Shown here piece by piece: positions 40,350 through 49,640 of a stretch of 64,000 nucleotides of DNA. The stretch comes from Bacteroidales bacterium (lineage in GTDB: Bacteria > Bacteroidota > Bacteroidia > Bacteroidales > UBA1715), in NCBI GenBank assembly GCA_024402335.1, contig JAKSTZ010000015.1, forward strand, positions 2,597 to 66,596, read 5' to 3'. A program made the position numbers and the translations under genes. Below the pieces are notes generated by a model. It was not told the DNA's origin and ran no database searches. It was given only the letters and a program-made list of their open reading frames with translations. The first letter of the stretch is position 1, and the number at the start of each line of letters is the position of its first letter.

Positions 40350-40382
40350 AACGGCAATCCAAAAGGGTTGCCGTTTTTTTAT
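40350..40382 (+). terminator. Rho-independent terminator
   Basis: ACGGCAA / TTGCCGT stem followed by a T8 run. Confidence 0.8.
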
Positions 40383-40392
40383 AGAGTTATTA

Positions 40393-40448
40393 AAATCAAC
40401 TTTTATGTTGATTTTATTGCATAATTAAACTTTTATGTTAATTTTGCA
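40393..40448 (+). promoter_or_regulatory. Palindrome plus 30-bp-period direct repeat containing a -7 box; candidate operator/promoter of the toxin-antitoxin-like pair
   Basis: Perfect inverted repeat AAATCAAC-TTTTAT-GTTGATTT (40393-40414). The core AACTTTTATGTT(G/A)ATTTT is repeated at 40398 and 40428. TAATTTTG box at 40439-40446. Confidence 0.5.
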
Positions 40449-40467
40449 ATACACATATAACATAATC

Positions 40468-40968
40468 ATGGAAAGAAATATATTGATAGAACTACTGGAA
40501 ACAGGAGAAAAAGTTAGTTTGTACTCCCCACGCTTTGAAGGGGAAGAGTATACAGAATTTGAAAAATTTTTAATTGAATATAAAAATAAGGAAGAGTTTG
40601 CAACCGATTTAGGAGTGATATTCGCACGATTAAACGTGATAAAAGAAAATTTTGCAGAAGACCGTTATTTTCGTTATGAAGGTAATCGCTCGGATAGAGT
40701 GCAAGCCTTACCTGCAAAATTTCTTGACTCTTCTCGTTTAAGAGTTTATTGTATTGTAATAAGTCGTAAAGTTGTGATACTTGGTAATGGAGGCGTAAAA
40801 ACAACATCTACATATGAAGAAGACCCATATATGAAAAAATGTGTAGAACGACTACAGAAAATTGATTTTGAAATAAAAATGCGAGAGAACCGAAAGATGA
40901 TAGTTATTAAAGGTTCGCAATTAGAAGGTGAATTGAAGTTTTATATAAAAGAGGAGGACACAAAATGA
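40468..40968 (+). CDS. Hypothetical protein, possibly a divergent RelE/HigB/Gp49-like toxin with extensions
   Basis: LRVYCIVISRKVVILGNGGVK resembles the RelE/Gp49 core strand pattern. 4-nt ATGA overlap with a downstream XRE HTH gene. Confidence 0.35.
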   Translation: MERNILIELLETGEKVSLYSPRFEGEEYTEFEKFLIEYKNKEEFATDLGVIFARLNVIKENFAEDRYFRYEGNRSDRVQALPAKFLDSSRLRVYCIVISRKVVILGNGGVKTTSTYEEDPYMKKCVERLQKIDFEIKMRENRKMIVIKGSQLEGELKFYIKEEDTK

Positions 40969-41330
40969 ATACACACAAAGTTAATCCTATAATGGAAGAA
41001 TGCCGTAAACTTATAACTCCCGAGATTCAAAAACAAGTGGATTTGTGCGTTAGTATTGCTAACAGAGTTTATGACTTATTAGAAGAGCGAGGAATGACTC
41101 AACGAGACTTTGCCCGCGCTCTTGGCAAAACTGAGACAGAAGTAAGCCGATGGCTTTGTGGTACACATAACTTAACCATTGCCACAATAGCAAAAATGTC
41201 TGTCGTTTTGAATGATGACATTATTGTCACTACTTTTACTCAAAAACAAGAACCTCGACAATATTCACAACACGAAATTGACACCACAATGGTTGCCGAA
41301 CCAAAAAGGAAGTATCGGAAACGAAAGTAA
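40965..41330 (+). CDS. XRE-family helix-turn-helix protein (putative antitoxin/regulator)
   Basis: HTH_3 pattern (GMTQRDFARALGKTETEVSRWLCGTHNLTIATIAKM) with a basic C-terminal tail. Confidence 0.75.
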   Translation: MNTHKVNPIMEECRKLITPEIQKQVDLCVSIANRVYDLLEERGMTQRDFARALGKTETEVSRWLCGTHNLTIATIAKMSVVLNDDIIVTTFTQKQEPRQYSQHEIDTTMVAEPKRKYRKRK

Positions 41331-41414
41331 AAAACACTATTACTTTATTCATACAACAAGATGTGTTTATCTTTTTTGTACCCATTCTTTACTTCGATAT
41401 TCAATACAAAACAA

Positions 41415-41422
41415 TATCTTTG
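41415..41422 (+). promoter_or_regulatory. -7 promoter box (TATCTTTG) for argH
   Basis: TAnnTTTG match. Lies just upstream of the in-frame open region that begins at 41433. Confidence 0.4.
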
Positions 41423-41546
41423 CGAAGACTAAAACAAAAAGTATATAGCAGAAAAACATTCCACAACTCTTTGGCAAAAAGATGTTACGCCAAACGAAAA
41501 AGTATCGACATTCACTGTCGGAAAAGATAAAGAATTTGATGTTTAC

Positions 41547-42794
41547 TTGGCAAAAGCCGATGTGCTTGGAAATCTTGCACATACAAGAATGCTTGAGTCT
41601 ATCGGCCTTTTGACAAAAGAGGAACTCGACCAAGTTCAAGTAGAACTAAAAAATATATACAAAGACGTTTTAGCCGGCAAATTCAAGATTGAAGACCATG
41701 TAGAAGACGTTCACTCACAAGTAGAATTCCTATTGACAGAAAAGTTAGGTGACGTTGGAAAGAAAATCCATAGCGGACGTTCTCGTAACGACCAAGTTCT
41801 ACTTGACATGAAACTATATCTTCGCGATGCCATCCAAGATACAGCGAAAAGCGTCCAAGATTTATTTACATTATTGCAAAAGTTAAGCGAACAATATAAG
41901 GCCGTATTAATGCCTGGATATACGCATTTGCAAATTGCTATGCCATCATCTTTCGGACTTTGGTTTGGTTGCTACGCCGAAAGTCTTGTTGACGACTTGC
42001 AACTACTTTTGGCCGCTTATAAAATTGCCAACCAAAATCCACTTGGATCCGCTGCAGGATACGGTTCGTCTTTCCCTCTTAACAGAACAATGACGACTGA
42101 ATTGCTTGGATTCGAGACATTAAACTACAACGTAATGTACGCCCAAATGGGACGTGGCAAAGTGGAGAAAATCACAAGCTACGCATTGGCTAGCATTTCT
42201 TCTACATTGTCGAAAATGGCGATGGAAATGTGCTTGTTTATGAACCAAAACTTCCATTTTGTTTCGTTCCCTGAAGAACTTACAACAGGATCGAGCATTA
42301 TGCCACACAAAAAGAATCCTGATGTATTCGAAATTATCCGCGCTAAGTCAAACAAAATTCAAGCCTTGCCAACGGAAATCACATTCATCACAACAAATCT
42401 TCCATTCGGATATAACCGTGATTTACAAATCATTAAAGAATGTATCATTCCTGGATTTACAGAAGTACAAAGTTGTATTGACATGATGATGCTTATGCTG
42501 AACAACATAAAGATTGCCGACAACATTCTTGACGATCCAATGTACGACTACATTTTCAGCGTGGACGAAGTAAACCGCCTTACATACGAAGGCATGCCTT
42601 TCCGCGACGCCTACAAAAAAGTCGGATTGGATATTAAACATGGTGAATTCAAAGCTGAAAGAAAAGCGAACCACACTCACGAAGGAAGTATCGGCAACCT
42701 TTGCAACGACAAAATCAAAGCAAAATTCGATAGCGTTTACAACGAATTTCCTTTCGAACAAGTTGCAAAACAATTAGAAACATTAGTAAAATAA
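41547..42794 (+). CDS. argH: Argininosuccinate lyase. The first canonical start is TTG at 41547; the conserved N-terminus continues in frame back to 41433.
   Basis: Fumarate-lyase signature GSSIMPHKKNPD. The upstream in-frame peptide ...TLWQKDVTPNEKVSTFTVGKDKEFDVYLAK looks like the normal ArgH N-terminus. Confidence 0.9.
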   Translation: MAKADVLGNLAHTRMLESIGLLTKEELDQVQVELKNIYKDVLAGKFKIEDHVEDVHSQVEFLLTEKLGDVGKKIHSGRSRNDQVLLDMKLYLRDAIQDTAKSVQDLFTLLQKLSEQYKAVLMPGYTHLQIAMPSSFGLWFGCYAESLVDDLQLLLAAYKIANQNPLGSAAGYGSSFPLNRTMTTELLGFETLNYNVMYAQMGRGKVEKITSYALASISSTLSKMAMEMCLFMNQNFHFVSFPEELTTGSSIMPHKKNPDVFEIIRAKSNKIQALPTEITFITTNLPFGYNRDLQIIKECIIPGFTEVQSCIDMMMLMLNNIKIADNILDDPMYDYIFSVDEVNRLTYEGMPFRDAYKKVGLDIKHGEFKAERKANHTHEGSIGNLCNDKIKAKFDSVYNEFPFEQVAKQLETLVK

Positions 42795-42796
42795 TC

Positions 42797-43102
42797 ATGG
42801 AAGAAAAAAAAGAACAACAAATCAGCATAGACCTACCTGCAGACGTTGCAGACGGCATTTATTCCAATCTTGCTGTTATATCTCATTCAAACACAGAATT
42901 TATTCTTGATTTCATTCGAATGATGCCGGGTATGCCAAAAGCGAAAGTCATGTCCCGTGTGATTCTTACGCCTGAGCATGCAAAGAAACTTTTGTTTGCT
43001 TTGCAAGAAAATGTTCAGAAATACGAACAACATAACGGACCAATAAAACAAACAACTAACAACTTCCCGCTTCCTAACATAGGCGGAAACGCACAAGCAT
43101 AG
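42797..43102 (+). CDS. DUF3467-like small protein
   Basis: GIYSNLAVISHSNTEFILDFIRMMPGMPKAKV matches my memory of DUF3467. Confidence 0.55.
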   Translation: MEEKKEQQISIDLPADVADGIYSNLAVISHSNTEFILDFIRMMPGMPKAKVMSRVILTPEHAKKLLFALQENVQKYEQHNGPIKQTTNNFPLPNIGGNAQA

Positions 43103-43103
43103 T

Positions 43104-43838
43104 ATGGAACAGACAGGAATGATATACGGCACACACGCAATACTTGAAGCTTTACAAGATTGCAAGCCTATTGATCAAATTCTCATAAAGAAACAGTCCG
43201 ACAACGAGCAAATACGTGAGATTATTTATCTTGCACGTAAACAAAACGTTACAATAAAGACTGTGCCTATCGAGAAATTGAATAAAATCACCCGTAAAGC
43301 ACATCAGGGCATTATTGCTTTCATGTCGCCTATTGAATTTCAAGAAATAGATAAAATCGTTCCTGAATTATTCGAGCAAGGTAAAAATCCATTTATAGTT
43401 ATTCTTGACCAAGTATGTGACGTGCGCAATTTCGGAGCAATCACCCGTACTTGCGAATGCATGGGCGTAGATGCGATAATTATTCCACAAAAAGGTTCTG
43501 CACAAATCGGTGCCGACGCGGTAAAAACTTCAGCCGGAGCTCTATTTAAGATTCCAATTTGCAAAGTTCACTCGTTAAAAAGTGCAATCTCATTCTTACA
43601 AGAATCCGGCCTTCAGGTAATCTGTGCTGCCGAAAAATTCTCTGCAAATTGCTATGATGCTGATTTAACACAACCTTTAGCCCTTGTTTTTGGTGCCGAA
43701 GAAGACGGTATAGAAGACAGCATAATAGAAATGGCAAACAGCTGCATAAAAGTCCCTATGGTAGGAGAAATATCTTCTTTAAACGTTGCTGCGGCAACAG
43801 CCATGTGCGTATACGAAGTTTGCAGACAAAGAAAATAA
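43104..43838 (+). CDS. rlmB: 23S rRNA (guanosine2251-2'-O)-methyltransferase, SpoU/TrmH family
   Basis: IYGTHAILEAL N-terminus, SpoU motifs (NFGAITRTCECMGVD, LVFGAEEDGI, IPMVGEISSLNVAAA). Confidence 0.85.
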   Translation: MEQTGMIYGTHAILEALQDCKPIDQILIKKQSDNEQIREIIYLARKQNVTIKTVPIEKLNKITRKAHQGIIAFMSPIEFQEIDKIVPELFEQGKNPFIVILDQVCDVRNFGAITRTCECMGVDAIIIPQKGSAQIGADAVKTSAGALFKIPICKVHSLKSAISFLQESGLQVICAAEKFSANCYDADLTQPLALVFGAEEDGIEDSIIEMANSCIKVPMVGEISSLNVAAATAMCVYEVCRQRK

Positions 43839-43856
43839 CCCTAAACAACAAATCAT

Positions 43857-43895
43857 AAAAAAAGTCCGACAAGAAAACTTGCCGGACTTTTTATT
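43857..43895. terminator. Bidirectional terminator between rlmB and amt
   Basis: A-run, AGTCCGACAAG / CTTGCCGGACT stem with one mismatch, then a T-run. Confidence 0.8.
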
Positions 43896-43912
43896 TTAAC
43901 TAAAGATTTTCA

Positions 43913-45289
43913 CTATTTCTTTTCAGAAACTTCAAGGTTTGCTTCATCATATTCAGCAATTTCACGAAGTCTACCGTAATGTTCGTCATGTTGGCTACGG
44001 TCAAGACCGATTTCCTCGCAATCAGCACCAACACGCATTGGAATCATTTTGTTTGTCAACCAATATAATGCGTATGACATTCCAAATGTATAGACAAACA
44101 CAATAACCACTGCAATTATATGATTTGCAAAGAATTGCAAGTGTGTAACACCCTCTTCTGCTAGTCCTGGCTCATATTTGTAAACAAATATACCTGTTAA
44201 AATTGTACCAACAATACCACCTAAACCGTGAGTCGGGAATACATCCAAAGCATCGTCAACGGCAGTTTTCTTATTCTTAATGTAACAAGCCATGTTACAA
44301 ATCAATGTAGTTACAAAGGCAATCAAAACACTTTCCGATGTGCTAACCCATCCAGCCGAAGGAGTAATGGCAACCAAACCAACAACGCCACCAACAGAAG
44401 CGCCCATTGCAGAAGGTTTACGGCCACGAATACCATCGAAGAACAACCATGTAAGCATTGCAGTTGCAGCCGCCGTGTTCGTGTTCAAGAAGGCTTTTAC
44501 AGCCACTTCGTTTGCAGCCAAACTAGAACCGGCATTGAAACCGAACCAACCTAACCACAACATTGAAGCACCAAGTACTACATACGGAATATTTGCAGGT
44601 TGTGATTCTTGGTTACGACGTTTGCCTAAGAAGATTGCACCAACCAAAGCAGCTACCCCAGAAGAAGCATGTACCACAATTCCACCGGCGAAATCCTTCA
44701 CATGCATTTGAGCGAACAAGCCATCTGGATGCCAAGTACAATGAGCAAGCGGACAGTAAATCAAGATGCAGAACAAAGTCATAAATACCAAATATCCAGA
44801 GAAACGTACACGTTCGGCAAATGAACCCGTAATCAATGAAGGAGTGATGATGGCAAACTTCATTTGGAATAAAGCATACAATGCAAGCGGAATAGTTAAA
44901 CCTAATTTTGTTGAAAGTTCATCGGTTGCCTGGCCACCTACATTATACATAAAGAAATATGTCTTTGGACTACCGATAATTCCAGCAATATCGTCACCGA
45001 ATGCAAGACTGAATCCGCAGAACACCCAAATGACACTAATCAAACCCATGGCAAGAATACTTTGCAAAATAGTTGAGATAATGTTCTTCTTACGGACCAT
45101 ACCACCATAAAACAAAGACAAACCTGGCGTCATCATAAGCACAAAGATTGTAGCCGTTAAAAGCCATGCGACATCGGCAAGATTGATGTTGTCGCTCAAT
45201 GTCCATATTTCCGTTTGACTCGGCACAAAGCAGCCAATTACCGTGACCGCAAGCAAAATTGCCATAAATACATACCAACGTTTTTCCAT
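43913..45289 (-). CDS. amt: Ammonium transporter
   Basis: Amt/MEP signatures (DFAGGIVVHASSG, GWFGFNAGS) and 11-12 TM segments. Confidence 0.95.
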   Translation of the reverse strand: MEKRWYVFMAILLAVTVIGCFVPSQTEIWTLSDNINLADVAWLLTATIFVLMMTPGLSLFYGGMVRKKNIISTILQSILAMGLISVIWVFCGFSLAFGDDIAGIIGSPKTYFFMYNVGGQATDELSTKLGLTIPLALYALFQMKFAIITPSLITGSFAERVRFSGYLVFMTLFCILIYCPLAHCTWHPDGLFAQMHVKDFAGGIVVHASSGVAALVGAIFLGKRRNQESQPANIPYVVLGASMLWLGWFGFNAGSSLAANEVAVKAFLNTNTAAATAMLTWLFFDGIRGRKPSAMGASVGGVVGLVAITPSAGWVSTSESVLIAFVTTLICNMACYIKNKKTAVDDALDVFPTHGLGGIVGTILTGIFVYKYEPGLAEEGVTHLQFFANHIIAVVIVFVYTFGMSYALYWLTNKMIPMRVGADCEEIGLDRSQHDEHYGRLREIAEYDEANLEVSEKK

Positions 45290-45332
45290 ACTTGTAAATC
45301 TTTTAAGTTATACTTTTTGTTTAAATGCTTTG

Positions 45333-45340
45333 CAAAAGTA
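45333..45340 (-). promoter_or_regulatory. -7 promoter box (TACTTTTG) for amt
   Basis: TAnnTTTG on the minus strand, about 44 nt upstream of the ATG. Confidence 0.4.
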
Positions 45341-45564
45341 GAAAATCTAAAAGCAAAACAAAGTATTTTGCTTACATTTTTAAACTTAATATTTAAATTT
45401 TAGACAATTTCGTAATTGAAATACGTATTTCTCGTATAAATTTATCTACTAAAACACTTGTCTTCTAAAAAACTAATACCACACACATACAAGTCTTAAA
45501 CGAATAAATCTGAATATTTTTCAAAAAAAAATCTTCATTTGTTTGGGAGATATAAAAAAATGAC

Positions 45565-45572
45565 TACTTTTG
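45565..45572 (+). promoter_or_regulatory. -7 promoter box (TACTTTTG) for tRNA-Lys
   Basis: TAnnTTTG match 26 nt upstream of the tRNA 5' end. Confidence 0.5.
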
Positions 45573-45597
45573 CATCGTCTTTTTTGAGAGACGGATT

Positions 45598-45670
45598 GAT
45601 TCAGTAGCTCAGCAGGTAGAGCACATCCCTTTTAAGGATGGGGTCATGGGTTCGAGCCCCATCTGGATCA
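45598..45670 (+). tRNA. tRNA-Lys (anticodon TTT)
   Basis: Manual cloverleaf: acceptor GATTCAG/CTGGATC, anticodon loop CTTTTAA, T-loop TTCGAGC. Confidence 0.95.
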
Positions 45671-45672
45671 CG

Positions 45673-45705
45673 AAAACCACGGCAAATTGTCGTGGTTTTT
45701 TGTTT
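45673..45705 (+). terminator. Rho-independent terminator after tRNA-Lys
   Basis: ACCACG / CGTGGT stem followed by TTTTTTGTTTT. Confidence 0.75.
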
Positions 45706-45764
45706 TATAGCAAAACCATTCCGTAATTTTGTTCGAAATTAAAGCCCGGCCAAGAAAATATCAA

Positions 45765-46532
45765 TTAAAATTGCAACGAGGCAGACAGCAAACAGCCATC
45801 TTTTTCAACAGAAAAATAAGGACTAAAACTAACAGACCTATTCTTTTCTGATTTCTTAAAATCCGGGCAAAGCCAATTTCCTATTCGTGCACTCAATATA
45901 CCGATTCCCGCGCCCGACACAACATCATGTACCCAATGACGGTCATTATACACACGCATAGAACCAACCATCAGTGCCATAGTATATGCAATTGAACCGT
46001 ACACATTTCCATATTCCAAGCGTACCAATTCCGCGCCTGTAAATACAACTGCCGTATGGCCCGAAGGGAAAGAATTTTGTTTATTACTATCTGGGCGTTT
46101 CTCTCGCACGCTATATTTTAAGCCACTCGATATAATTATCGTACTCAAACAAGCGATAGCTGTTTTTGAAACAGTCTCTTTTAATACATGCTGTTCATTA
46201 TGCATATATGCCAAATTTAGTCCCATATACATGGTAAGAGGCACATATTGCAACCAATCGTCAACATTAGTATGATATGAATGGGCGCTTATTTCCTCAT
46301 GAACAGAATTCGACAGTTTATTCAAAGGAGAGTTCGGTATCAATCCTGTTGCACCGACAATTCCTAAGGAAACTGGAAGAATCACCCGTTTAGCAGAAAA
46401 CTGATATTTTTCTTTGGTCAAGTTGTCCTTTACATTACTTGAATCAGTTTGTGCAACAACAGGAGCAACCATCTGTAGGCACACAAACAAACCAACTAAC
46501 AATTGTAATTTCAGTCTTTTCATATATTCCAT
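45765..46532 (-). CDS. PAP2-family phosphatase, secreted or membrane-associated
   Basis: KX6RP (VREKRP), PSGH and R..5..H...D (RVYNDRHWVHD) motifs. Alternative start ATG at 46523. Confidence 0.8.
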   Translation of the reverse strand: MEYMKRLKLQLLVGLFVCLQMVAPVVAQTDSSNVKDNLTKEKYQFSAKRVILPVSLGIVGATGLIPNSPLNKLSNSVHEEISAHSYHTNVDDWLQYVPLTMYMGLNLAYMHNEQHVLKETVSKTAIACLSTIIISSGLKYSVREKRPDSNKQNSFPSGHTAVVFTGAELVRLEYGNVYGSIAYTMALMVGSMRVYNDRHWVHDVVSGAGIGILSARIGNWLCPDFKKSEKNRSVSFSPYFSVEKDGCLLSASLQF

Positions 46533-46604
46533 ACCTCACAAAGGTAGAAAAATATAAGCAATTGCATTAAAAAAATTACTTTTGCACCGGCAAAACACAA
46601 TAAA

Positions 46605-47474
46605 ATGGCAACTGAATTATTCAATTTTAAAAAAGATTCGAAAAGAATCCTATTCATCACAGGAGCTGCCCTACTGATGGCTGCTAACATCAAAACATTC
46701 ATCCAGGCCGGAGGTCTATTGCCCGGAGGCGCAAATGGTCTGACCCTGCTTATACAACGTATAGCTGAAGTTTTTTTCAATATAAACCTTCCGTTCTCTT
46801 ACATCAACATCCTAATCAATGCCATTCCTGTTTTTATTGGTTTTAAATTCATAGGCAAAAAGTTTACAATCTACTCTTGCGTGATGATTTTCCTCACTGG
46901 ATTTTTCGCAGACTTATTGCCGAGCTACACCATTACAAACGACACTCTGTTGATTTCCATTTTTGGTGGAATTATCAACGGTGCAGCTATCAGTATTTGT
47001 CTTTCTGTAGAAGCTACTGCTGGAGGAACAGACTTCATTGCCATCTACATGTCTGAAAAGAAACAAGTTGATTCATGGAACCTTGTGCTGGGAATCAACT
47101 CCGTCATCCTTATTTCCGCAGGTCTGCTTTTTGGATGGGACAAGGCTCTCTACTCTATCATATTCCAATACGCATCAACCCAGATGATACACATGCTGTT
47201 CAAGCACTACCAGAAAGAAACTATGTTTGTTGTCACTTCTGAACCAGACAAAGTGAGTAAAATTATTTACGAAAAGAGCCGTCACGGTGCTACCATTATC
47301 AATTGTGAAGGATCACATACACACTCAGAATCCAATATCGTCTATTCTGTTGTAGCAAAAGACCAATATATTTCGGTAGTAAAGGCCATAAAAGAACAGG
47401 TTCCTGACGCATTCATAAATACCGTTGATACAGAAAGCTTGACCGGAGCATTTTTCCAGAAAAAAGCCGAGTAA
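46605..47474 (+). CDS. YitT-family membrane protein (with a DUF2179-like C-terminal domain)
   Basis: Five or six TM segments, then a soluble C-terminal domain typical of YitT. Confidence 0.75.
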   Translation: MATELFNFKKDSKRILFITGAALLMAANIKTFIQAGGLLPGGANGLTLLIQRIAEVFFNINLPFSYINILINAIPVFIGFKFIGKKFTIYSCVMIFLTGFFADLLPSYTITNDTLLISIFGGIINGAAISICLSVEATAGGTDFIAIYMSEKKQVDSWNLVLGINSVILISAGLLFGWDKALYSIIFQYASTQMIHMLFKHYQKETMFVVTSEPDKVSKIIYEKSRHGATIINCEGSHTHSESNIVYSVVAKDQYISVVKAIKEQVPDAFINTVDTESLTGAFFQKKAE

Positions 47475-47542
47475 CATAGGAAATGTTTCTTTTAAAGAAC
47501 ATGAAATATAATGGAAAATTTAAATCCTATACGGCATTTGTG

Positions 47543-48067
47543 TTACTTTTGAGAAACCCATATTAATTTATCCGTATCGTAACCGCGTTCCTTAGCTACG
47601 GTCAAAACCTTATTCTTTGCCTCTGGTTCCATCAGTGCGGTACGGCTTAATATCCATAAATACTTATCACTACTACTTCCAATTAGAACATATTCGTAAT
47701 CGGGTGCCAAATACAACACATTGTAATCGGAATAAAACCAAAGAAAAAACGATACCTCCAACTGTCCAGGCACCGCTTCGCTCGGACGACGTGCCTTGCC
47801 AACAGACTGTTTAAATTTGCCATTAAAATCGTTCTTGTAGCCAGAATTCACAACCTTCACCGTATTGTCGGGCTGAATAGAATAATCCGCAGTACAACCG
47901 ACTAATCCACGTTCGAAACTGTGGTCGAAACGAGCTATTTCGTACCATCTTCCCATAAATTTTTCTAAATCAAGCTCGGGAACTGTCGTTGTATCAATAG
48001 TTGAACGACATGCAGAGCAGCCAAATATTGACACTCCACAAAGTAAACTCATTACCATCTTTTTCAT
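47543..48067 (-). CDS. blc: Bacterial lipocalin (Blc-like outer membrane lipoprotein)
   Basis: Lipoprotein signal ...SIFGCSAC and the lipocalin motif GRWYEIARFDHSFERG. ATG at 48067. Confidence 0.85.
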   Translation of the reverse strand: MKKMVMSLLCGVSIFGCSACRSTIDTTTVPELDLEKFMGRWYEIARFDHSFERGLVGCTADYSIQPDNTVKVVNSGYKNDFNGKFKQSVGKARRPSEAVPGQLEVSFFLWFYSDYNVLYLAPDYEYVLIGSSSDKYLWILSRTALMEPEAKNKVLTVAKERGYDTDKLIWVSQK

Positions 48068-48202
48068 ACATACTACTTTTTTAAAACACTTAGCCGTATA
48101 GGATTTAAAACAGAGTAAATGTAATGAGCAGTCAACACGCTTCCAATCTATTGGATTTAAATGCAATATTGATGGAAAAGATGAAAGGAGTTATACAAAG
48201 TC

Positions 48203-48236
48203 AAAAGAAAAAGAGGGTTTACATTAGAAACACCCT
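48203..48236 (-). terminator. Rho-independent terminator after the Cys-rich hypothetical gene
   Basis: Minus strand: AGGGTGTTT...AAACCCT hairpin followed by CTTTTTCTTTT. Confidence 0.6.
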
Positions 48237-48237
48237 T

Positions 48238-48729
48238 TTATAGACTGTCATCGGTTCGATTGCCCTCTTGAATTTCTCCTGCAGGCGGCAAAGGCAACAT
48301 AGGGCCATTGTTTAAAGTGGCGACATATCCGCTATGTATGGCGCTATAATATTCTGCTTCAGTATAAGGGAAATGCCCTTGTCTTGCTGCTTTCAGAACT
48401 TCTTTGTACCAAATCATATATTCTGAATCCTCTCCCAACCCGTCTTTTGTAATCTCAGAATATTCATTTAATATTTTTTCTGCAATTTCTTCTGGTGTCA
48501 AATCTTTACAATTTAACTGTCCACAGACTATACACTTTTTAAAGTCACAAAATTTCGCACCTAAAATATAGTAGGTATTTGATTTTGGAGTAATTGTACA
48601 TCGCCAGGAACATCCACTAGGTGATATACTTGAACATATTCGTAATAATTCATAACCTTTTTTGTGTAAGCAATCTATTGCTTCAACGTATTTTAAGCAT
48701 TCTTGTTCGTAAGGTGATAATTTTCTCAT
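48238..48729 (-). CDS. Hypothetical cysteine-rich protein (163 aa)
   Basis: Clean ORF with its own terminator. Cys-rich (CSSISPSGCSWRC, FCDFKKCIVCGQLNC). I recognise no family. Confidence 0.5.
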   Translation of the reverse strand: MRKLSPYEQECLKYVEAIDCLHKKGYELLRICSSISPSGCSWRCTITPKSNTYYILGAKFCDFKKCIVCGQLNCKDLTPEEIAEKILNEYSEITKDGLGEDSEYMIWYKEVLKAARQGHFPYTEAEYYSAIHSGYVATLNNGPMLPLPPAGEIQEGNRTDDSL

Positions 48730-48913
48730 TTTTAGAATTATAGTATGCAGTTATTTGTACTTGTAAAGATAAAAAATTTTCTAAAAAACGTTATAACAAA
48801 GAAGAAAAAGCGATTCTATAGATTGTCCACTTGCGTTTTCTATAAGACAAAAGTGAATATTTTAGATTTTTTTTATTTTTACGACGGTTTCATGCTATTG
48901 TAATTTTTTGAAT

Positions 48914-49543
48914 ATGGAATACGGAATAGTATATTTACTGACAAACGCTTTAATGCCCGGTTTAGTTAAAATCGGCATGACAGCTCAAGAAGATATTGAC
49001 AAGAGAATGAAAGAACTATATACGACAGGGGTTCCTGTTCCATTTGAATGTCAATATGCATGTAGAGTCAATAAAACGGATTGTGCAAAAATTGAGAAAG
49101 CACTTCATACCGCATTCTCTCCACAACGAGTAAATGCCAACCGAGAGTTTTTTCGCATACAGGTAGAGCAAGCAAGGGCAATACTAGAATTGTTCCATCA
49201 TGAAGATATAACAGAATCTGTAAGTGAAGAAATACAAAATGATCTTACTGATGATGACAAAGAGGCTACGCAAAAAGCGAAATCGAAACGACCTCCCCTC
49301 AATTTTTATGAGATGGGAATAAATAAAGGTTCTATTTTAAAATGGAAAGATGATCCATCAATAACAGTGACGGTTAATTCGGACAAAAAAGTTCTTTATG
49401 AAGGAAAAGAATTCTCAATTAGCGCTTTGTCTGCATTATTGAAATCATATAATGTTAAACATATTGCACCAGGAGGATACTGGTATTACAAAGATAAGCT
49501 TTTGAGTGAAATTTATGATGAAACATATCCGTTTGAAGAGTAA
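48914..49543 (+). CDS. T5orf172 / GIY-YIG-like domain protein with a C-terminal putative DNA-binding extension
   Basis: GIVYLLTN..MPGLVKIGMT....R.KELYTTGVPVPFE...A...REFF matches the T5orf172 (MUG113) pattern. ATG at 48914. Confidence 0.7.
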   Translation: MEYGIVYLLTNALMPGLVKIGMTAQEDIDKRMKELYTTGVPVPFECQYACRVNKTDCAKIEKALHTAFSPQRVNANREFFRIQVEQARAILELFHHEDITESVSEEIQNDLTDDDKEATQKAKSKRPPLNFYEMGINKGSILKWKDDPSITVTVNSDKKVLYEGKEFSISALSALLKSYNVKHIAPGGYWYYKDKLLSEIYDETYPFEE

Positions 49544-49640
49544 TACGTATAAAAAACTATAATATTACCACAGAAACTTACACCCCATTATTTTCCGGTT
49601 ATGTTAGACATACGTTCGTTAAATTTTTGGTGTATGTTCT

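Noticed and set aside
45290-45564. Possible nitrogen-responsive leader or riboswitch upstream of amt
   Set aside because: I saw only an AT-rich spacer with a -7 box. There is no convincing conserved structure or repeated operator.
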